Made by a program: the position numbers and the translations under genes. 23,854 nt of DNA. It comes from Macrostomum lignano (Eukaryota). Positions within the stretch are counted from its first letter, which is position 1. The number at the start of each line of letters is the position of its first letter. Positions 18,031 through 23,854 of this stretch are shown here, one piece after another. The notes beneath the pieces are model-generated. The model made no database searches. It was not told where the DNA came from and saw nothing but the letters and a program-made list of their open reading frames with translations. Location of the stretch: the NCBI GenBank assembly GCA_002269645.1, contig NIVC01005172.1:1-23854 (forward strand). Reading direction: 5' to 3'.

Positions 18031-18824
18031 AATAAAACTAAAAATTCAAAGTTGATAAACCTTGTAAAGCCATGCAATCTCGAACAAAACCCCTGCCCTG
18101 CAGTTACCATGAAATTAAAATCCGAATTTTACGCCAATTTAATGAAAAGCAACAGAAAAGGTCAGGTTAAAATTAAACTTAATTACAAAACCGCAACCCC
18201 GGATACGCGGAGCTGGACAGATTAATTTTCGCTTCGCTTGGCAACAAAGCTGCCCGCTTAATTAGCCCCGGTTGAGCTTGAGTATTCCTTCGAACTAAGG
18301 CTAGTTAGATGCTTGGGCCAGACTTGTTGGCTGGCTTGCAGCAGCTGCCACTGCTCACAAGAGAGGAGGGCGGTAAACTAGAGCGAGGTTTCTTGGCGCT
18401 CGGTTCGGGGGATGGTTTTGGCAGCCCAAGAAGGCCAGCAGCGAGTCACTTTCATGGCCGCGGGGCAAAGAGAGGGACAGGGAGAGGTAGAAGGGGATCT
18501 CCACTCCTCTCCCCTGCCCTGCTGGTGATTGCGCAGCGAGGAAGAAAAATGAAATTTTCCACTTCTGCACCGCTGTGCGGTCCGCATCCGCATACAAGTA
18601 GCTTATATCTAATTTGATGTTCTGTCCTGCCCCCTTGAAGCTTGGGAAATGGAATAGCGGCTAGTTTTAAGATATGGGGCTCTCTCTCTCTCTCTTAGTC
18701 AACAATCTATTACTCAGACTAAACAAAGTTTTGCTTTGTCTTCGGGCTGGCTGTCTTTAACTTTCACGTCATCAAATATGAGCTCAGCTACGAGCTAAAT
18801 TCAATATTTAAGGAACAGTTTGCG

Positions 18825-19071
18825 ACATTGAGGTGCAGCCTTACCTGTAGATCTGACAGCTTCCAACATTGAGGTGCAGTCTTACCTGTAGATCTGACAG
18901 CTTCCAGCATTGAGGTGCAGCCTTACCTGTAGATCTGACAGCTTCTAACATTGAGGTGCAGCCTTACCTGTAGATCTGACAGCTTCCAATATTGAGGTGG
19001 AGCCTTACCTGTAGATCTGACAGCTTCCAATATTGAGGTGCAGTCTTACCTGTAGAACTGACAGCTTCCAA
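18825..19071 (+). repeat. 41-bp minisatellite ACATTGAGGTGCAGCCTTACCTGTAGATCTGACAGCTTCCA, 6 units, in LamG intron 1
   Basis: Unit starts at 18825 and 18866; 247 bp = 6 x 41 + 1. Confidence 0.97.
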
Positions 19072-20209
19072 TCAAGACCACACAGCAGCGAGGAGGAGTC
19101 AAACAGTCAAACAGTATAGGCCACGCCTACGATAATCAGAGACGCCCGCGTCAGTCAGTAGCAGTTCAAGGACTGTGCAAGACTTGTGCCTGTCATAGAA
19201 CAGTCATGCAGTGCATAAAAGATCTCTGGCTCCAAGTAGCATTCAACTCCGCGGATGATTATTCTTCATCCATCTAAGAAATCTGAAATCAATACGATTG
19301 AATTTCATTTTTCCTGAAAATTGTAAGGAGCTTCCCAGGAAAATCCTCCTAGTTGTCAAGTGGGGGCTAGAATGCTTCTGTACAGAAGACAAAAAGGGCC
19401 TTTGTTCGCTTCTGTGCGCTAAGATTTAATAATAATTATTGAATTATACAATTTTCTTAATTCCACTGCCGCATGTATAGCTTAATAAATAATGATAAAA
19501 AAAATTCATTCATAATTCCATTTATCTACGAGCCATGCAGTCAAGCAGGATATTTGCCTATCGCTTTGGACAAAGACAAACTGTTTTTTGAAAGGCGACT
19601 TCAATCTGCAACAGAGCTGCCCGAAGGAAGAGGACAGGGTCCGCGAAGAGATAAACGAGATCGCTAGGGGAATATAGAATTATAATAATGAAAAGCGGAC
19701 CCCGGAGCATGGAAGGGACGACGTTTGCGTTGGGATTAAGGAGAGCACAGGCATACAGACAGACACTGCTGCAGCTATTGACTCAAAGAGAATTGTGAGC
19801 ACAGAGCAGGCGAGTGGCACAGAATCAGCGATCAGAGCCAGAGCTAATGGACAGTCTGAGCATCTGAGCTGATCAGGACGGGAGGGGGTCAATCGCAAAG
19901 TTTGTAGGATCCGAATTCCGCATATATTCCTGCGCCCTTTCTCTCCAGAGTGTGTCCCAGCTTCCAGAGAGGGGAAAATGATGTAATTTTAGGCGGTTTG
20001 GCTGAGGCAAAGGATGTGTTTGCGGCTTCCTGAACAAGGATTTGGTTTTTAGAACGAGTGGCCACTAGCGACTCAAAAAACACTCGACTGGCGATTGAGG
20101 TCCCGTGGTTTTTTATTTCGATCGCTTTTTTGTCAATTTACCAAATAATACACATCATTATTCGTAGTCTCAGCGGTAGTTACTTTCTCAGCCTCCCCTG
20201 CCTTTTTAG

Positions 20210-20414
20210 CGCGGTCATCACTCTGAAATTTCTGAGCTATCACAAGGACGGAGTGATCCTTTACCTGGCTGGCTATCACGGCGACTACATGGGCCTATAC
20301 CTGAAGGATGGCATACTCAATTATTTCATATTTAATCCCAGCCGGTTGGACTGGTCGCTCAGAGGCATTCAAATCAATACCAAAGACCCGCTTGAGATTA
20401 ACAAAGACTATGCG
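20210..20414 (+). CDS. Laminin-G domain protein, exon 2
   Basis: Acceptor CCCCTGCCTTTTTAG|C. AVITLKFLSYHKDGVILYLAGYHGDYMGLYLKDGILNYFIFN matches the LamG pattern (F.T...GLLLY...GDYL.L.L.DG.L). Perfect phase-0 donor GCG|GTGAGT. Confidence 0.87.
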
Positions 20415-22156
20415 GTGAGTTATTTCTTGTTGTCGAATAGGGACAAGTGTGAACATGACGCGACCTCAATTTCTGTGTCTTTTTACGCACAACAGACAAG
20501 CGAGTTTCAGAGCACCATCTCTTAACACCATTTGGCATCTGTTTCAAATTAAAGCCGAATAAAAGCTTGCCACTCACTTGAACTTGATGACATTAAGCAG
20601 TTTTTGCATAAAGTCAATGCTAAGGTTGCTAATGCTGAGCTTGGCGTAAAGGCGCCAAGAACTTGTCTGCAGCGCCGAAGAGAATTTGAAGTTAATTTAA
20701 GAGTAGCTATACTTCTCGGATTATTGTTAACCATTTCGTCTATCCATAAAAACTAAATGGGAGGGTTTTTTACTGCAAGCTAAAAGTGGAAATTTCCTTC
20801 TGAGGTTTAGTTTAATCATCTGCTTGACAACTGGGCATTGGATTAAAGAAATTGCCATGCGCGCCACTTGACTTGCGTGACGTTGGCCGATTGCAAGGTG
20901 CCGACAATTGGGTGGGGGGGGGCGCAAATTATTTACACCAGAATGCCCTGCAGTTTCCCAGTAGTGCCTAAATACAATATGCTTGCATAGTTAGGCCTCT
21001 GTGTCGGTTCAGAAAATGAGAATTATCATGAACTGCTTGTCCTTCAATATCGGGCAATATTAAAACTTCGTGCTCTGATTCCATCCCATATAGCTGCTTG
21101 AATGCGGCGTCAGCGTAACTGACTGACACGCCTTCCTCACCACTGCTTCTTGAGCGTGCGTGACTCCGATAGCATGGCCTTGTCCCCATCGGGTGGAGTT
21201 CTCTCCCCTTCGTCCCCGATCTTAGCATATCCTATTATTCATCCGACACAGTTCAAATGAATCATATAGTGGGTCGCGCACGTCTCACAATCGGGGATGA
21301 GCATGATGCTTAAAAACGGAGACTAAAACCAAACTACAGCCGTTGGAAACCCGCTTTGCAAACAGTACGGCATCGATTATTCTAGCACTGCTACAGATAG
21401 TGTTATGTTAGTGTATCTCTATACTTCTATTTGCGTTTTATATTTCCACGCATCTTCTAGTTTGTCCAGCATCCGTTTCAGAGGAAATCAAAGCCACTAT
21501 GTCGGTGGAGATGCGCCAGCCAGATTAAAATTGGCTTTGTACTCTCACAATAACAAGAAATTTGACAGGAAGGTTGCTCCAAAAAGCCTGGGTCCTGTTT
21601 GAATTGACTAAAAGGTGAAATCAAGGCTGGGCAAATGAAGCTCTCTACTTTGATAGAAACCTTTATTAAAGAAGTTCACAGAGTCTTTTTTGGGGGTGGC
21701 CTGCCCTTTCATAAATCTGAAATTCGTACAATCTCCAACTTTCACTTACAGTTAATAAGCTGGCCCTTATAGCAACAGATGTTAATTGAGGGAAGAGCAT
21801 AAAATAAGTAGATTTTGGGGATATCAAGCTTTAAAGTGGTTCACTTGTGGGTACATACATGTATACAGGAAAATATTCACATAACTTCGTATTAATAAAG
21901 TTTAACTGTGATCTATGAGGATATTTAAAAAAAATATGGTATTATGAATCATGGAACCTTCGAATCAAAGCGCTGTCGAACTAAGTGTACGGCACCCCGA
22001 CCGAGATCTAAGTCGTCAACAAACGATATAGAAGTAATGTTTCGGGTTTTTTTCTCAATAAGCGCCAATACGCGCATAAAGATTAATTGTAGATTGACCT
22101 TATAGTTAGCTTCTCATTTAAACAAACCAGTTTATCCGAATCGCGCAACTTTCCAG

Positions 22157-22321
22157 GTGGAATTCATGTACAACTTTGCGCAATACCAGAGCTTTCGCAA
22201 CACCATACTATTTTCTACCGGACTCCGGCTGGACAACCGCGAAGTGGAAATATTCGACTATCACATTCCCGATATTCAGTTCAAATCGCCTATCTACCTT
22301 GGCGGCGGGCCTTCCGGCTTG
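22157..22321 (+). CDS. Laminin-G domain protein, exon 3 (gene continues; next exon not identified); absent from the ORF track
   Basis: Acceptor AACTTTCCAG|GTG. VEFMYNFAQYQSFRNTILFSTGLRLDNREVEIFDYHIPDIQFKSPIYLGGGPSGL carries the LamG C-terminal L.vD / l...plYlGG.P signature. Phase 0 at both ends; donor TTG|GTAATA. Confidence 0.85.
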
Positions 22322-22946
22322 GTAATAACCAATTAATCATTTTTTTCATTCGCAGTAGCTACTGATTAATAATATTTCAGCAGGAATAGTCGCAGCAGGC
22401 ACTAAAAAAATCGTAAACGCGAACAGGCTTCCTCAATTTTGAAAAACTTTTTTCTCTAGTGTCTCGGAAAGGCTTCAAAAAGGTGCTGGACTAGTAACAT
22501 ACAGTACTTATAAGTTTGGGTAAGTGAGCTAGTATGAAAACAGAAGCTTTTCCCGGTATCGCATCAGCTCCCTCCATCAGCTGGATGGTCATCATGCACA
22601 GACAGGCCTTGCGTCAGCAGTTAGAAGAATTAATAAATAAAAAATGCATATGCATATTTCGCTGAGCATTGAGAAGCGCTTTTTGTTTATGATTCATATA
22701 GTTTGACTGCAGATGTACCTAAGTGGGTGTGTAGTCTTGTTTTTATTCTTTGTATGAAGATCCACTGGGTCTTAACAAAGTATTTGGAGCGAGTTAAATG
22801 AATCGAACAATATATGAAGTATGGTAATGGAAATTTAAAAAATCCATGGTATTTGCGTATTTCGGTAAGAAAGGAGTGACTGGTTTGGGGAACTAGACTA
22901 ATGTACAAATAAAATCAGACAAAGGCTGCCCCTCAGCGAAAAGTCA

Positions 22947-23252
22947 TCACTTGGCCTCGCAATGCTCTGTTAAAAAAAACAGAAAAGTGGTAGGCTGGCA
23001 GTTGAAAGAGGAAAGTGACGACTGCTGCTGCTGCTGAGTCAGTTTATTATCAGAAAAAGTCTGCAGAGCTGAGTTTGTCAGATAGTTCCAGAGCGCTGGA
23101 TCCACTGCATGGGGGCGCCTGGGCTCTTGCAGTGTGCGTGCTGCATGACTAGTCGCGAGAGACAAACGCGAGGACAAAGGCAACAAAAAAATGAAAAGCG
23201 CGATGGCGATGTGACATTTCGGTGGCCGTGGGACAATGCGAACAAACCACAT
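22947..23252 (-). CDS. Possible small secreted protein (101 aa), antisense to the LamG gene and downstream of its exon 3
   Basis: ATG at 23252: MWFVRIVPRPPKCHIAIALFIFLLPLSSRLSLA looks like a signal peptide, followed by a polar Gln-rich region. A strong minus-strand acceptor (TTTTTGCTCTCTCTCCAG) lies 45 nt upstream. No homology recognised. Confidence 0.3.
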   Translation of the reverse strand: MWFVRIVPRPPKCHIAIALFIFLLPLSSRLSLATSHAARTLQEPRRPHAVDPALWNYLTNSALQTFSDNKLTQQQQQSSLSSFNCQPTTFLFFLTEHCEAK

Positions 23253-23854
23253 TTGAGGGGTTATTGTAATATATTTTTCCGAGAGATAATAGGGTATCTG
23301 GAGAGAGAGCAAAAAGTGAGGAGAAAATTGGGAGATAGCTCGTGAGTAGTCCAAATTGGGAAGTCGCCACAGGGAAAGCAGCACCTTCGCAATAACGTAC
23401 ACCGCTTTGTATCTGAATCGATTAAAAACTGAATAACTGGCAGAAATAAGAATTATTGTTGAAGTCCAGATCATTTCGTTAGAAAACTGGAAGGGGAAGA
23501 ACTTCCCATCAAATCGCCTCATAGGGATGCCCCTAGATTTTTGATGGTCAATGAAGATTTATCTTATCTAATATCTTTCTATAGTAATAACAGCAAGGTT
23601 TTACAACTACTTAATAATAATTTCAGCTTATAGGCACCCTGGCGCAACGTCTTCGGCGATATCGTCCCACACAAACAGCGCCGAGGCAATTCTGGTCTTC
23701 CGTTGATTCCTGAGCAATGCGCCAATGGTGTACGCAGGCATACATTAGTATATACTCTCACACAAGGGTGTTACAGCGGCCCTGACTTTCTAATCTAATC
23801 GTCAGGCATGTGCACTCTCTGGGCCTTGGGGGGGGGGGGTGCCTTTAAGGTTGA

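Noticed and set aside
2914-19071. Common origin of the minisatellites from shared TGACA or TGGAGTG words
   Set aside because: Shared words are only 5-7 nt and the units do not otherwise align.
19594-19605. GDFN as a LINE endonuclease motif
   Set aside because: Isolated four-residue match with no other endonuclease or reverse-transcriptase motifs nearby.
23298-23522. N-terminal part of the 191-aa minus-strand ORF 22947-23522
   Set aside because: It runs through a polypyrimidine tract and acceptor, so it is more likely intronic or UTR.
22322-23854. Fourth LamG exon
   Set aside because: Candidate phase-0 acceptors checked give early stops or no GF.GC-type strand; it probably lies outside the window.

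Overview
Eukaryotic, spliceosomal-intron-containing, repeat-rich animal genomic DNA; no prokaryotic features and no CRISPR. The organism cannot be determined from the window. GC-rich exons, dense minisatellites and an FN2-domain gene are compatible with a free-living invertebrate such as a flatworm (inference only). Four protein genes are supportable, all on the + strand. (1) An atypical Arf/Arl GTPase (1362-2816) with a 1-nt frameshift near the start and an intron made almost entirely of 63 copies of a 12-bp unit. (2) A very divergent SLC6/NSS transporter-like gene (6127-7880) with an in-frame TAA and a 20-bp templated insertion. (3) A secreted EGF-cbEGF-FN2-FN2 protein (11288-11977) with no ATG of its own. 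(4) A signal-peptide + laminin-G gene, reconstructed here from three exons (16318-22321) that the ORF track largely misses; it is incomplete at the 3' end. Also present: a compound tetranucleotide microsatellite, five minisatellite arrays (12, 31/32, 20/21, 35-38, 41 bp), a (GTT)n tract, and two oppositely oriented copies of a tRNA-derived CORE/Meta-type SINE. Most long ORFs in the track are repeat artefacts. All alignments were done by eye from remembered family consensus; no database search was run.
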